Origin: an uncultured delta proteobacterium
GTDB lineage: Bacteria; Myxococcota_A; Polyangia; Palsa-1104
DNA length: 64,000 nt
Direction of reading: 5' to 3'
Assembly (NCBI GenBank): GCA_963785725.1
Contig: CAWAWS010000016.1
Coordinates: 128,001 to 192,000 of the forward strand
Positions 1 to 10,595 of this stretch are shown here, one piece after another (position 1 is the stretch's first letter; every line of letters starts with the position of its first letter). The notes below the pieces were generated by a model. It saw only the letters and a program-made list of their open reading frames with translations. It was not told where the DNA came from and did not search any database. A program made the position numbers and the translations under genes.

Positions 1-3000
1 CAGGCGGGGCCGATCACGCTCGTCGATCCGATCGATCCGGCGCTCAAGCTGACGTCGGTCAAGCTCAACGGGCAAGTCGTGACGAGCTGCGGGTCGGCCC
101 CGATGCCGCTCGGCGTCTTCACGGTCGGCTGCGGCGCGGATGGGCGCACGGTGACGCTGTCGGTGCCGGCGGGGCAGACGCTGACGACGCGCGAGACGCT
201 GGAGCTGGTGGCGACGGTGCGGCCGACGGCGACGCCGCAAGTCCTCAACGTCGCGACGCTGACCGACGCGGCCAACAACGCGCAGACGGCGTCGGCGACG
301 CTGGCGGTGACGAACGCGTCGACGAGCGGCGCGTCGGTGACGGTGACGGCGGCGAAGCTGCAAGCGGAGAAGGACGACCTCGTGCCCTTCGTCGTGCAGC
401 TCGGGGTGCCGCTGGGCGCGCCGACGCTGACGGCGCCGGTGCTCGACGTCAAGCTGTCGGCCGGCCTCCGGCTGACCGACGTGCACGTGACCGGCGCCGA
501 CGGCGTGAGCCGCGCGGTCAAGCCGACGACCTCGGGCGCGCTCGTCATGGTGCCCGTCGGCGCGCTGGCGGCCGGCGCGACGGCGAGCGTCACCGTGCGC
601 ACGCGCGTCAGCGGGCAGGCCAACACCAACGGCAACAAAGAGACCTTGACGGCGACGCTCGAAGAGAACGGGCAGAGCTTGGCCTCGGCGTCGGGCGGCG
701 TGCGCATCCTCGCCGACGGCGACTTCGACTTGGGCACGCTGCTCGGCGAGGTCTATCGCGACGACAACGGCAACGGCCAGCGCGACCGCGGCGAGCCCGG
801 CATCGGCGCCGCCACCATCGTCATGGACGACGGCCTGCAAGCGGTCACCGACAACGACGGCCGCTATCACTTGGCCGGCATTTTACCGGGCGATCGCGCC
901 ATCAAAGTCGCCGAGTACACGCTGCCGCCGGGCTCCAAGCTGACCACGGACGTGACGCGCATCGTGCCGGTGACGGCGGGCTCGCTGACGAAGGTGGACT
1001 TCGGCGTGCGCGTGCCCGAGCCCGAGCCGCCGGCGCCGCGGCCGCAGCTGTCGATGGTGCTGCCCGAGCTCAAGCCCGCCGACGCCGGGCGGCTCGGCTA
1101 TCGGCTGACCGGCGTGACCTTGCCGGGCGCGCGCGTTCACGTCGGGACGCGCGCCGGCCACGTCGACAAATTGGGCGTCTGGGGCGCCGACGTCGAGCTC
1201 AGCCACGGCCGCAACCGCTTCGCCATCGTCACCGAATTGCCCGACGGCCGCGTCATCATCGCCGCGCGCGAGGTCTTCTGGGTCGAGCGCGCCGAAGGCG
1301 GCAGCCTCATCGTGCCGCGCGACGAAGAGCCGCGCATGACGCTGCGCTTCCCCGCCGGCGCCTTGGCCGAGCCCAGCTTCCTGCTCGAAGGCACCGTCAC
1401 GTCGCAGCTGCGCGCGCTCACCGTCGCCGGCCAAGCGCTCGCGCCCGACGACAAAGGCCACTTCGCGATCAAATTACGCGTGCCCGAATCGGGCGCCGGC
1501 ATCGCCATCGACGCGCAGTTCTCCGACGGCCTCGGCTGCCGCTTCGAGCACGGTCTGGCCGCCAACGGCGACTTCGTCCTGCTCGTCGGCCTCGCCGAAG
1601 GCAAGCTCGGCTACGTGCAGAAGACCGCGGCCGGCGGCAACTCGTCCGGCTTCTTCGCGCAAGGCCGCGTCAAGCTCTACGCCAAAGGCCGCATCCTCGG
1701 CCGCTGGCTGCTCGAAGGCGCCGTCAACATCGACTCGACGCAGATCGACTCCTGGCGCGATATCTTCCGCGGCAACCCGCAGACGCTGTTCCGCAACCTC
1801 GATCCCGATCGCTTCTACACCGTCTACGGCGACGCGTCGCAGACGAATCAGTCGGCGCAGACCAACGCGCGGCTCTTCGTACGCATCCAGATCGATCGCT
1901 CGGAGCTGCTCTTCGGCAACCTGCAGACCGGCTTGACCGGCGTCGAGATGGGGCGCTATCAGCGCTCGGCGACGGGCGGACGGCTCGAGCTCGTGCGCGC
2001 GGCGACCGAGCCCAACGCGCCGCCCAACACGCAGGTCATCCTCTTCGGCGCCTGGCTGCAGACGTCGCGGGCGCACGACGAGCTGCGCGGCACCGGCGGC
2101 TCGCTCTATTACCTGTCGCATCGCAACATCGTCGAAGGCTCGGAGGAGGTGCGCATCGAGCTGCGCGATCAGATCTCGGCGCGCCCCGAGTCGAACACGG
2201 CGCAGCACGCCACCGTCGACTACGAGGTCGACTACCTCGCCGGCCGCGTCATCATGCGCGATCCGCTGTCGTCGATCGCGCCGTCGCCGACGCTGGTCCG
2301 CTCGAGCAACATCGACGGCGACGCCGCCTATCTCGTCGTCGACTACGAATACTTGGTCGACGGCGACGCCGACGACGGCACGCTCGGCGCCCGCGCGACG
2401 CAGCGGCTCGGCCCGGTGCGCCTGGGCGGCACCGTGGTCAACGAGTTCCGCTCCGGCGGCGACTACACGCTGCTCGGCGGCGACGTGCAGGTCGACCTCA
2501 AGAAATACGGCGTCATCATCGCCGAATACGCGCACTCGTACGGCGCGCTGACGTCGTTCTCCAGCTCCAACGACGGCGGCCTCACCTACGCCGACTCGCT
2601 CGGCCCATCGCAGGCGACGGCCACTCAGCGGCAAGGCAACGCTTACAAAGTCGAGGCCGATCTGCACCTCGGCGCCGTCACCTTGCGCCCCTACTTCCGC
2701 GGCATCGACCAGGGTTACAGCGACACGGCGCACGCGCAGGAGTCGAGCTTCATGCAGTGGGGCATCGAGGCCGCGGCCAAGGCCTGGGGCTTCAACCTGC
2801 GCTTCCACTACGACGAGCGGCACTACCAGCAGGCGCTCGTCTACGACGCCAACGGCAACCCGCTGACGACGGTCATGGACACGCACCGCGACATCGGCGG
2901 CGAGATCGGGCGCAGCTTCGGTCGCGTCGACGTCAAGCTGGGCGCGCGCAACGAGGTCGAAGAGGATCCCGATCCGGCGCGCGCCGGCCATCGCACGACC

Positions 3001-4368
3001 ATCGCCGCGCGCGTCGAAGTGCACATCGTGCCCAAGCTGTCGGTGTACGTCCTCGGGCAATACGCGGTGCAAAAAGGCGGCGGCGATCCGACGACGAGCA
3101 TCGTGGCGCAGGACAACTCGCTCGGCGCCGTCGGCGCCACCGTGCAGCTGCCGTTTGCCACGAAGGGCACGGGCGAGGTGTCGTACGGCGCGCAAGGCGT
3201 GGGCGGCCTCTTGTCGCTGCGCACCGATGTCGGTCCCGGCCGCGTCTTGTACGGCACGACGACGCTGTCGCAAGATCGCGACGATCGCGTCTCGGCCTCG
3301 GTCGCCGCCGGCGGTCGCGAGCGCATCGCCGACGCCAAAGGCAACGCGCGCGCGACGTTGTACGCCGAGGATCAATTCCGCGAGGGGCCGCTCGTCGGCG
3401 CCGGCGGCGTCGACGGCGGACGCTCGCACATGCAGACGGCAGGCCTCGACATTCCGTTCGGCAAGCGCTTCGTCATCGGCGCCACGTTCGAGCGCGGCGA
3501 GGTGACGCCGAGCGGCAGCCCGCTGGCGCCGGCGCCGGCCGTGCCGTTCGCCGGCAGCTTGACGCTGGCCGTGCCGCAGCCGCTGCAGCGCACCGCCGGC
3601 AGCATCTACGGCAGCTATGGCGGCGACACCTTCCGCGCGCAGATGAAGGCCGAGCTGCGCCAGGACTCGGTGACGCAAGAGGCCTCGCTGCTCGACGGAA
3701 CGCCGCAGAAGACGGTGAGCGAATGGCAGTGGCTCGTGCAAGGCATGTTGACCTGGCAGGCGACGCACGACCTGACCTTCCGCGGCAAGCTGCTCTTGTC
3801 GCAGTCGCTGGGCACGACGACGACCACGCCGCTGGCGCGCTCGAGCGAGGCGAACCTGGGCTTCTCGTGGCGCCCGTCGTGGACCGATCGGCTCGTGCTC
3901 CTCGGCCGCTACGCCTACTTGGACGAAGGGTTGCCGGCGACGCAAGCGACGAACGGCCCTGTCGATCCGCTGACCGGCGCCGCGCTCGGCTTCCGCGAGC
4001 GCGCGCACGTCGTCTCGCTCGCCGGCGACGGCCGCTTCGTGTGGAAGCTGTCGCTCGGCGAAAAAGTGGCGGCCAAGTTGCGCGAAGAGACCCAAGGCGA
4101 CGGCCTACAGAGCGGCTGGATGGTCTTGTGGATCAACCGCCTGACCATGCACGTCACGCGCGCCTGGGACGCGCTCGCCGAATATCGCCTGCTCTACGGC
4201 CCGGGACCGGCGTTGAGCCACGGCGTCGCCGTCGAGATCAACCGCATCATCGTCGGCCACCTGCGCATCGGCATCGGCTGGAACTTCTCGAGCGTCGGTG
4301 ATGACGAGCTCACCGTCGGGAGATCGAGCGAAAAAGGCTTCTTCGTGCGCGCGCAGGGCTTCTATTGA
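1..4368 (+). CDS. Large surface/outer-membrane protein (5'-truncated): DUF11-like Ig repeats, SdrD-B-like domain, C-terminal beta-strand-rich region
   Basis: Frame is open from base 1; GEVYRDDNGNGQRDRGEPG motif; amphipathic strands ending in aromatic GFY. Confidence 0.7.
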   Translation, partial: QAGPITLVDPIDPALKLTSVKLNGQVVTSCGSAPMPLGVFTVGCGADGRTVTLSVPAGQTLTTRETLELVATVRPTATPQVLNVATLTDAANNAQTASATLAVTNASTSGASVTVTAAKLQAEKDDLVPFVVQLGVPLGAPTLTAPVLDVKLSAGLRLTDVHVTGADGVSRAVKPTTSGALVMVPVGALAAGATASVTVRTRVSGQANTNGNKETLTATLEENGQSLASASGGVRILADGDFDLGTLLGEVYRDDNGNGQRDRGEPGIGAATIVMDDGLQAVTDNDGRYHLAGILPGDRAIKVAEYTLPPGSKLTTDVTRIVPVTAGSLTKVDFGVRVPEPEPPAPRPQLSMVLPELKPADAGRLGYRLTGVTLPGARVHVGTRAGHVDKLGVWGADVELSHGRNRFAIVTELPDGRVIIAAREVFWVERAEGGSLIVPRDEEPRMTLRFPAGALAEPSFLLEGTVTSQLRALTVAGQALAPDDKGHFAIKLRVPESGAGIAIDAQFSDGLGCRFEHGLAANGDFVLLVGLAEGKLGYVQKTAAGGNSSGFFAQGRVKLYAKGRILGRWLLEGAVNIDSTQIDSWRDIFRGNPQTLFRNLDPDRFYTVYGDASQTNQSAQTNARLFVRIQIDRSELLFGNLQTGLTGVEMGRYQRSATGGRLELVRAATEPNAPPNTQVILFGAWLQTSRAHDELRGTGGSLYYLSHRNIVEGSEEVRIELRDQISARPESNTAQHATVDYEVDYLAGRVIMRDPLSSIAPSPTLVRSSNIDGDAAYLVVDYEYLVDGDADDGTLGARATQRLGPVRLGGTVVNEFRSGGDYTLLGGDVQVDLKKYGVIIAEYAHSYGALTSFSSSNDGGLTYADSLGPSQATATQRQGNAYKVEADLHLGAVTLRPYFRGIDQGYSDTAHAQESSFMQWGIEAAAKAWGFNLRFHYDERHYQQALVYDANGNPLTTVMDTHRDIGGEIGRSFGRVDVKLGARNEVEEDPDPARAGHRTTIAARVEVHIVPKLSVYVLGQYAVQKGGGDPTTSIVAQDNSLGAVGATVQLPFATKGTGEVSYGAQGVGGLLSLRTDVGPGRVLYGTTTLSQDRDDRVSASVAAGGRERIADAKGNARATLYAEDQFREGPLVGAGGVDGGRSHMQTAGLDIPFGKRFVIGATFERGEVTPSGSPLAPAPAVPFAGSLTLAVPQPLQRTAGSIYGSYGGDTFRAQMKAELRQDSVTQEASLLDGTPQKTVSEWQWLVQGMLTWQATHDLTFRGKLLLSQSLGTTTTTPLARSSEANLGFSWRPSWTDRLVLLGRYAYLDEGLPATQATNGPVDPLTGAALGFRERAHVVSLAGDGRFVWKLSLGEKVAAKLREETQGDGLQSGWMVLWINRLTMHVTRAWDALAEYRLLYGPGPALSHGVAVEINRIIVGHLRIGIGWNFSSVGDDELTVGRSSEKGFFVRAQGFY

Positions 4369-4381
4369 TATGTTCCGCACC

Positions 4382-5092
4382 ATGGCTGACGACGACTGGA
4401 AGGTCCTGCCGCACGAGCCCATCGAAAAGCTGAGCGAGAACCTCTGGCGTGTCGTCGGCAGCATCGAGCGCATGCCACTGAAGCGCGTGATGACCGTCGT
4501 CCGCCTCGGCGACGGGCGGCTCGTCATTCACAGCGCCGTGGCGCTGGACGAGCCGTCGATGCGCGAGCTCGAAGCGTGGGGAACGCCGGCGTTTCTCATC
4601 GTGCCCAATCGCTGGCATCGCCTCGACGCGCCGCGCTTCAAGCGGCGTTATCCGGCGCTCAAGGTGTTGACGCCGCCGCGCGGGCGCAAGCTCGTGGCCG
4701 CGGTCGTGCCCGTCGACGCCACGCACGACGACTTCGGCGGCGACCTGCACGTGCAGCTCGAGCCGCTGGCCGGCGTCGCCGAGGGCGAGCAGATCCTGCG
4801 CGTCCGTTCGCGCGACGGCGTCACGCTCGTGCTCAACGACTGCGTCTTCAACATGGCCAAGCCATCGGGCTTCGTCAGCCGCACGATCTTGACGCTGATG
4901 GGCTCGGCGCCCGGCCCGCGCGTGTCGCGGCTGTTCAAGGCGGCGGTCGTCAAAGATCGCGACGCCTTCCGCGCCGATCTCGAGCGGCTGGCGGCGACGC
5001 CGAACCTCGTGCGCGTCATCGTCGCGCACGACCGCTTGTCGACGGGCGCCGCAGCCGCCGCGACGTTGCGTCAAGCCGCTACTTACGTTTGA
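4382..5092 (+). CDS. DUF4336-like / metallo-beta-lactamase-fold protein
   Basis: RVMTVVRLGDGRLVIHS, IVPNRWHRLD and IVAHD motifs; alternative ATG at 4370. Confidence 0.7.
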   Translation: MADDDWKVLPHEPIEKLSENLWRVVGSIERMPLKRVMTVVRLGDGRLVIHSAVALDEPSMRELEAWGTPAFLIVPNRWHRLDAPRFKRRYPALKVLTPPRGRKLVAAVVPVDATHDDFGGDLHVQLEPLAGVAEGEQILRVRSRDGVTLVLNDCVFNMAKPSGFVSRTILTLMGSAPGPRVSRLFKAAVVKDRDAFRADLERLAATPNLVRVIVAHDRLSTGAAAAATLRQAATYV

Positions 5093-5110
5093 TCTTCGTC
5101 GCTGTCTCGG

Positions 5111-5515
5111 TCAATTCTTGATCGGGCGATCGCCGACGAAGAGCGGCTCGGCGTCCGACAGCGTGCGGCTGTTGGGGTGCGTCTTCTCGTCGTCCTCGTC
5201 TTCGAACGTGCGCACGCGCTTGTGGCCGAGCCGCGCTCGATACTCCTCGTACACGCGGCGCGCGAACGCCAGCGTCGCCGCCGGATCGCCGAGCACCGCC
5301 AGCACCTGCGCCTCGCCGTGTTGGCTCGCGAGATCGTAGTCGGTGGCCTCGACGGTGGCGGCGTCGATCTGGCCTGCGAGCAGCCACGCCTGGACCTCGT
5401 CGACCGTCGCTGAATGGCGCTGCGCCAGGTCGTGGATGTTGGAGAACCGAGCCGATCCCTCGCTGTCGAGGCCGAGGTGATATTCGAGGAAGAGCGTGAA
5501 GTCGTCGGGCCGCAC
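5111..5515 (-). CDS. Hypothetical protein (134 aa)
   Basis: Protein-like composition; 9 nt downstream of pfkA on the same strand. Confidence 0.6.
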   Translation of the reverse strand: MRPDDFTLFLEYHLGLDSEGSARFSNIHDLAQRHSATVDEVQAWLLAGQIDAATVEATDYDLASQHGEAQVLAVLGDPAATLAFARRVYEEYRARLGHKRVRTFEDEDDEKTHPNSRTLSDAEPLFVGDRPIKN

Positions 5516-5524
5516 GCGGTGATA

Positions 5525-6634
5525 TTACCCGAGGATCGTCCGCGATGGCTGATAGCGTTCGAGGTTGTAGTGACGCGCGACGTCGACCAAGTTGAGCGCC
5601 TTGGTCGCTTCGCTCAAATTCACCAACGAGATCGTGCACGCAGGCGCGATTCCCTTGGCCGACACCATCTTGCCCCAGGCGCCTTCGATGCACGCGTCGA
5701 CCGCCGCCGAGCCGAACAGGTGGCCCATGATGCGGTCAATCGGCGAAGGCACGCCGCCGCGCTGCGGATGGCCGAGCGCCACCGCGCGCGAATCCCACTT
5801 CGTCTGCTGCCGGATCTGCTCGGCCAGCCACGCGCCGATGCCGCCGAGCCGCATGTGGCCGAAGGCGTCCACCTTCTGCTCCAGCGTCACCTCTTGTCCG
5901 CCCGACGGCAGCGCGCCTTCGGCGACGACGACGACGGCATAACGCGGCAGGCGCCGATCGTTCTTGCCCTTCTGCAGCCGCTCGTCGAGCAGCTTCAAGA
6001 CCTTGTCGACCGAGAACGGCGCCTCGGGAATGAGCGTGATGAACGCGCCGCCCGCCAAGCCCGACCACAGCGCCAGATGGCCGGCGTGGCGTCCCATGAC
6101 CTCGACGACCTGCACCCAATGATGCGAGCCCGCCGGCGTCCGCGAGCGCTCGATGATGTCGGCGCACGTGCGCAAGGACGTGTCGAAGCCGAGCGAATAG
6201 TCGGTGCCGCCGAGATCCTTGTCGATCGTCTTCGGGATGCCGACGACGTGCGCGCCCTTGGCCGCGAGCTTGGCGGCGACGCCGAGCGTGTCCTCGCCGC
6301 CGATGGGGACGAGCGCGTCGAGCTTGAGCTTGGCGATGTTACGAATGACCTGATCGCTGACGTCGGTCTTCTCGCCGTTGACGACGTGGTTGAATGGGTT
6401 CGTGCGCGAGCTACCGAGACGCGTGCCACCTTCGAGGTCCCAATAGCGCACCGTCTCGATGTCGAGCGGCCAGGTCTCGTCGCAGAAGCCGTCGAGCAAG
6501 CCCTTCCAGCCGTCGTAGATGCCGACCGTCTCGATGCCGAGCTCCTGCGCCTTCCACGTCAGCGCGCGGATGGCCGGATTGAGACCGGGAGCGTCGCCGC
6601 CGCCGGTGAGAACGCCGATGCGCTTTAAGGCCAT
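5525..6634 (-). CDS. pfkA: 6-phosphofructokinase
   Basis: IGVLTGGGDAPGLN, GGEDT, PKTIDKD, EVMGRHAG, LGHPQRGG motifs. Confidence 0.95.
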   Translation of the reverse strand: MALKRIGVLTGGGDAPGLNPAIRALTWKAQELGIETVGIYDGWKGLLDGFCDETWPLDIETVRYWDLEGGTRLGSSRTNPFNHVVNGEKTDVSDQVIRNIAKLKLDALVPIGGEDTLGVAAKLAAKGAHVVGIPKTIDKDLGGTDYSLGFDTSLRTCADIIERSRTPAGSHHWVQVVEVMGRHAGHLALWSGLAGGAFITLIPEAPFSVDKVLKLLDERLQKGKNDRRLPRYAVVVVAEGALPSGGQEVTLEQKVDAFGHMRLGGIGAWLAEQIRQQTKWDSRAVALGHPQRGGVPSPIDRIMGHLFGSAAVDACIEGAWGKMVSAKGIAPACTISLVNLSEATKALNLVDVARHYNLERYQPSRTILG

Positions 6635-6777
6635 TGCAGCTGCCTCCTCGATTGCCGAATTGTAGGTTGGGATTTCTTCAAAACCGTAACTCTGAACTGA
6701 GTTACGTGCAATCACTTTCGCGGACGAACGGGCGAATCATACCGCTTTGTTGCATTGTTATTAGCATGCGGCGCGTG

Positions 6778-6804
6778 GGAACAGGCCAGCCGATCCTTCC
6801 GTCT
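6778..6804 (+). promoter_or_regulatory. ECF-type promoter (GGAAC-N17-CGTC), probably autoregulatory
   Basis: GGAAC at 6778-6782 and CGTCT at 6800-6804, just upstream of the AAGGAG RBS of the ECF gene. Confidence 0.65.
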
Positions 6805-6828
6805 CAATCGGAGAAGGAGATCTTGCGT

Positions 6829-7428
6829 ATGCCCGTTCCGCAGCCGAGACCGTCGCCGCTGCCGCCGCTCGAGGTGGCCGCGTTGGTCGAGCGCGCGCGG
6901 GAAGGCGACGTGAGCGCCTTCGAGCGGCTGATCGTGCAGTATCAGCACAAGGTCTATACGTTCGCGTTCGCGTTCACGGGCTCGCCCGATCTGGCGCAGG
7001 ACTTGGCGCAGGAAGCGCTCGTCAAGGTCTACAAGTCGCTGTCGAGCTTTCGCTTCCAGTCGGCGTTCTCGACGTGGCTGTATTCGATCGTCAAGAACAC
7101 CTACCTCGATGCCGTCAAGTCGCGCGCCGGGCGCGAGCGCGCGCTCGAGGAGCCGCTGACGGATCGCGACGTCGAGCAGCTGTCGGAGGCGCTGACGGCC
7201 GAAGAGCGGCTGTTGCAAAAAGAGGCGCGGCGGGCGCTGTTCCGCGCGCTCCGGCAAGTGCCGCTCGTGTTCCGCACCGTCGTGGCGATGGCCGACGTAC
7301 AGGGCATGGCGTACGAAGAGATCGCGGTGGCGCTCGGGCTGCCGCTCGGTACGGTGAAGTCGCGGTTGAAGCGTGGGCGCGATGCGCTGCGCGGTGTGTT
7401 GTCTTCGTTGCAACGGGAGAGCTCATGA
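6829..7428 (+). CDS. ECF RNA polymerase sigma factor
   Basis: DLAQEALVKVY, FSTWLYSIVKN, YEEIA..GTVKSRLKRGR; RBS AAGGAG. Confidence 0.93.
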   Translation: MPVPQPRPSPLPPLEVAALVERAREGDVSAFERLIVQYQHKVYTFAFAFTGSPDLAQDLAQEALVKVYKSLSSFRFQSAFSTWLYSIVKNTYLDAVKSRAGRERALEEPLTDRDVEQLSEALTAEERLLQKEARRALFRALRQVPLVFRTVVAMADVQGMAYEEIAVALGLPLGTVKSRLKRGRDALRGVLSSLQRESS

Positions 7429-8105
7429 GCTGCGCCGACGTTCGCGCGCGTTTGGACGAGGTCGCCGCCGGCGAGCTCGACGGTCCCGAGGCCGACGAGC
7501 TGCGGGCGCACGCCGATCGCTGCGTCGGGTGCGGCGCCGAGCTGGCCGCGCTCGAGCGCAACTTCGAGCTCTGCCAGCGCGCCGGCACCGAGCCGCTGCC
7601 GGAGGGGTTCGCCCTGTCGCTGCGACAGGCGCTCGTCGCCGCCGGACCGCCGACGCCGACGCTGCTCGATCGTTGGCGGCAAAAGGTGGCGGCGCGGCCG
7701 CTCGGCTTCGCGCTCGCGGTCGCGGTGCTGGCGGCCGTCGTCGCGACCGGCGCGACGCTGACGGTCACGCACCATCGGTCGCAGAGCGCGGTCGCGCCGG
7801 TGCTGGCGGCGAGCTATCGCGTGCCGTCGTCGAAGGTGGCGCTCGTCAAGGTCGACTTCGTGGCCGCGCAGGCGATCGAAGACGTGGCCTTCGAGATTAC
7901 GCTGCCCGATGGCCTGCGCTTCGTGTCGGGTGGTGCGCTGTTGGCCGAGCGTAGCTTCCGCTTCCAAGGCAAGCTGGCGCCGGGATCGAATCCGATTCCG
8001 ATCGCCGTCAAAGGGCCGCGCGCCGGGCGCTACAAGCTCATCGCGCACGCCATCGGCAGTGAGCTCGACGTGACGCAAGAAGTGTTGCTGGAGGTGACGA
8101 CATGA
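7425..8105 (+). CDS. Zinc-binding anti-sigma factor (zf-HC2), one TM helix, C-terminal beta domain
   Basis: HADRCVGC (Hx3Cx2C); ATGA overlap with the sigma gene; hydrophobic segment. Confidence 0.85.
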   Translation: MSCADVRARLDEVAAGELDGPEADELRAHADRCVGCGAELAALERNFELCQRAGTEPLPEGFALSLRQALVAAGPPTPTLLDRWRQKVAARPLGFALAVAVLAAVVATGATLTVTHHRSQSAVAPVLAASYRVPSSKVALVKVDFVAAQAIEDVAFEITLPDGLRFVSGGALLAERSFRFQGKLAPGSNPIPIAVKGPRAGRYKLIAHAIGSELDVTQEVLLEVTT

Positions 8106-8446
8106 GCCGCGCTAGCCTCATTTGCGCGCTCGCGCTGACAGGCGGAGTCGCCTGGGCCGACGACGCGCGCGTACGCACGACCACGACCGTCGAAGTGCTC
8201 GACGACAAGGCGCAGATCGACGACGTCATTTCGCGCCTGCGCGCCGTACCGCCGGCGCCGGACGCGACGAAAGCCGCGCCGGTGGCGACGTTGAAGCTGG
8301 AGCGCCCGCCGGCGCCGACGACCGCCGCCGAGAGCCGCCGCGCCACCGGGCCCGACGCCAAGACGCAGCCCGCCGGCACGCGCCGCTCGAGCCGCGAGCG
8401 CAACGGCAACCCCGATCACACCGAACGCCCGCGTCCCAAATCGTAA
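8102..8446 (+). CDS. Small secreted hypothetical protein
   Basis: Signal peptide ending AWA; ATGA overlap with previous gene. Confidence 0.6.
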   Translation: MSRASLICALALTGGVAWADDARVRTTTTVEVLDDKAQIDDVISRLRAVPPAPDATKAAPVATLKLERPPAPTTAAESRRATGPDAKTQPAGTRRSSRERNGNPDHTERPRPKS

Positions 8447-8536
8447 GCTCGCCGCCGGCCTCGCTTCATCGATCGCATTTGCGCCGAACTATTCGCCTGC
8501 GCGCTGAATGTTTGCGGCTGACGACCGTCTGGTACG

Positions 8537-10549
8537 ATGGTCCGCTTGTCGCTGCCCGCGGTCATAGTGGCGCTCGTCGCAGGCGCCTTCGACCCGGCGC
8601 CGACGTTCGGCGCGGCCGCCGAGCTGAACGCCGTCGGCAGCGCGCCGGCGCCGGCGCTGGCCGAGGCCGCGCGCAAGGCGCTCGGCGAGCACGACTTGCC
8701 GCGCGCGGCGCTGCTGGCGGCGCTGGCGTCGGCCAAAGCGCCCGAAGACGCCGGCGCCGCGCTCATGCTCGGCTTGGCCCGCTTTCGCGACGGCATGGCT
8801 GACGCGGCCGTGGCGCCCTTCGAACGCGCGGTGACGCTGGCGCCCACGTCGGCGGCGGCGCGCTTCGACCTCGGCGCCGCGCAGTACGAGAGCGGCCGCT
8901 TCGCCGCGGCGGAGACGACCTGGCTCGGCGCGGCGACGCTGGACGCCAAGATCGCGCCACTGGCGACGCTCGACGCCGGCCTGGCCGCGCTCGACGGCGG
9001 CGCCGCGCCGCGCGCGCTGCGCTGGTTCGCCGCGGCCGAGTCGCTGGCGCGCGCCGCCGGACAGGTGCCGGTCGCGCAGCGCGCGCTGTCGCTGTCGGCG
9101 CGCGCCGCCGCCGTCACGCGCGCCGCGCACGCCGGCAACGTGCCGACGCCGCTGCGTCAGCAGGTGCACGCCGCGCGGGAAGCGCTCGTCGCCCACCACT
9201 ACGACGAAGCCATCGCCCGTTATCGCGCCGCCGCCGACGCCGCCGAGCTCGCCGACGCCGCGCCCGCCGATCGCGCCGAGATCGACTACGGCCTCGGTCA
9301 GGCGCTCTATCGGCAGGGCGCGCTCACCGCCGCCGCGCGCGCGCTCGACTCGGCGTTGGCGCGCTCGCCCGACGACGCCGAGTTCCACTTCCTGCTCGGC
9401 CTCGTTCACTTCGACGCCGGCGCCGACCGCGACGCGCAGCGCTCGCTCGTGCGCGCGCTCGAGCTGACGCTACCCACCGCCGAGGCGCAGCGCGCGCGCG
9501 AGATCTTGCGCTCGTTGCGCGAGGCGCACCGCTCGGAGACGCGCCGCCTCTTCATCGACGTCGACGTCAGCGCCGGCTACGACAGCAACGTGCCGCAGTC
9601 GGGCATCGTCATCACCGCCGCACGCTCGGCGACGCTGCCGACGGGCGCCGCCTTCTTGTCGACGGATCTCGAGGTCTTCTGGCGCCCCATCGGCACGACC
9701 GAGCGCGGCCTCACGATCGACTATCGCTTCGGCCAGCTCGGCTATCTCTCGCCGGCGAGCGCGCTCGATCCCTACTCGCTGCAGGAGCACGACTTGACCG
9801 TCGCCGGCGCCTGGACGCCGACGCCACGCTTGACGCTCGCCGCCGGCGTCGACGGCTACGTGCTCTTCGCCGGCGTGCAGACGTTCACGCCCTTTCAGGC
9901 CGGCGCCAGCCTCGGGCCGCGCATCGAGATTCGCGAGACGCACGGCTTCGAGACGCGCCTGCGCTATCAACACGTGTTCAAGACGGCGCTCGATCAGCCC
10001 TACAAATATCTCGGCGGACAGCGCGACGAGGCGGGAGTGACGCAGGCCTGGCGCGATCAGCGCGATCGGCTGTCGCTCGGCTACGTCTTCGCGCGCGAGG
10101 CCATCGGCACGCAGATCGTGACGCTCGGGCAGCTGAGCTTCCCGGACGCGCCCGCCGGCAGCTTCGATCCGGCGGCGATCTACTACATCCCCTACTCCTA
10201 CCTCGGCCACGAGCTGTCGCTCACCGAGTCGCGCGATCTGCCGTGGGGATTTCACGGCGCGCTGACGCTGCGCTACGAGCATCGCGACTATCAGGGCCAG
10301 AGCTACATCGGCCCACCCGCCGGTCAAAGCGGGCCGTTCTTCGACTATCGCACCCGGCGCGACAATCGCTTCTCGGCCGACTTGGCGCTGCGCTATCCCA
10401 TCGCCGCCGGCTTCGACGTCGAGGCGGCGTATACATTCATCGTCAATCGTTCCACCATCGACAATGACGAGCCCACCTCGACGCTCGACTACGACGACAA
10501 GAACTACCTGAAGAGCGTCGTGCAGCTGACCTTCGGATTTACGTACTGA
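8537..10549 (+). CDS. TPR protein with C-terminal outer-membrane beta-barrel
   Basis: TPR-like helices, then AGYDSNV and alternating beta strands ending FGFTY. Confidence 0.75.
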   Translation: MVRLSLPAVIVALVAGAFDPAPTFGAAAELNAVGSAPAPALAEAARKALGEHDLPRAALLAALASAKAPEDAGAALMLGLARFRDGMADAAVAPFERAVTLAPTSAAARFDLGAAQYESGRFAAAETTWLGAATLDAKIAPLATLDAGLAALDGGAAPRALRWFAAAESLARAAGQVPVAQRALSLSARAAAVTRAAHAGNVPTPLRQQVHAAREALVAHHYDEAIARYRAAADAAELADAAPADRAEIDYGLGQALYRQGALTAAARALDSALARSPDDAEFHFLLGLVHFDAGADRDAQRSLVRALELTLPTAEAQRAREILRSLREAHRSETRRLFIDVDVSAGYDSNVPQSGIVITAARSATLPTGAAFLSTDLEVFWRPIGTTERGLTIDYRFGQLGYLSPASALDPYSLQEHDLTVAGAWTPTPRLTLAAGVDGYVLFAGVQTFTPFQAGASLGPRIEIRETHGFETRLRYQHVFKTALDQPYKYLGGQRDEAGVTQAWRDQRDRLSLGYVFAREAIGTQIVTLGQLSFPDAPAGSFDPAAIYYIPYSYLGHELSLTESRDLPWGFHGALTLRYEHRDYQGQSYIGPPAGQSGPFFDYRTRRDNRFSADLALRYPIAAGFDVEAAYTFIVNRSTIDNDEPTSTLDYDDKNYLKSVVQLTFGFTY

Positions 10550-10595
10550 ACGAGTCGTTTAACGTTCCACCGACTAGACGGGTCCAAGGAGACAC

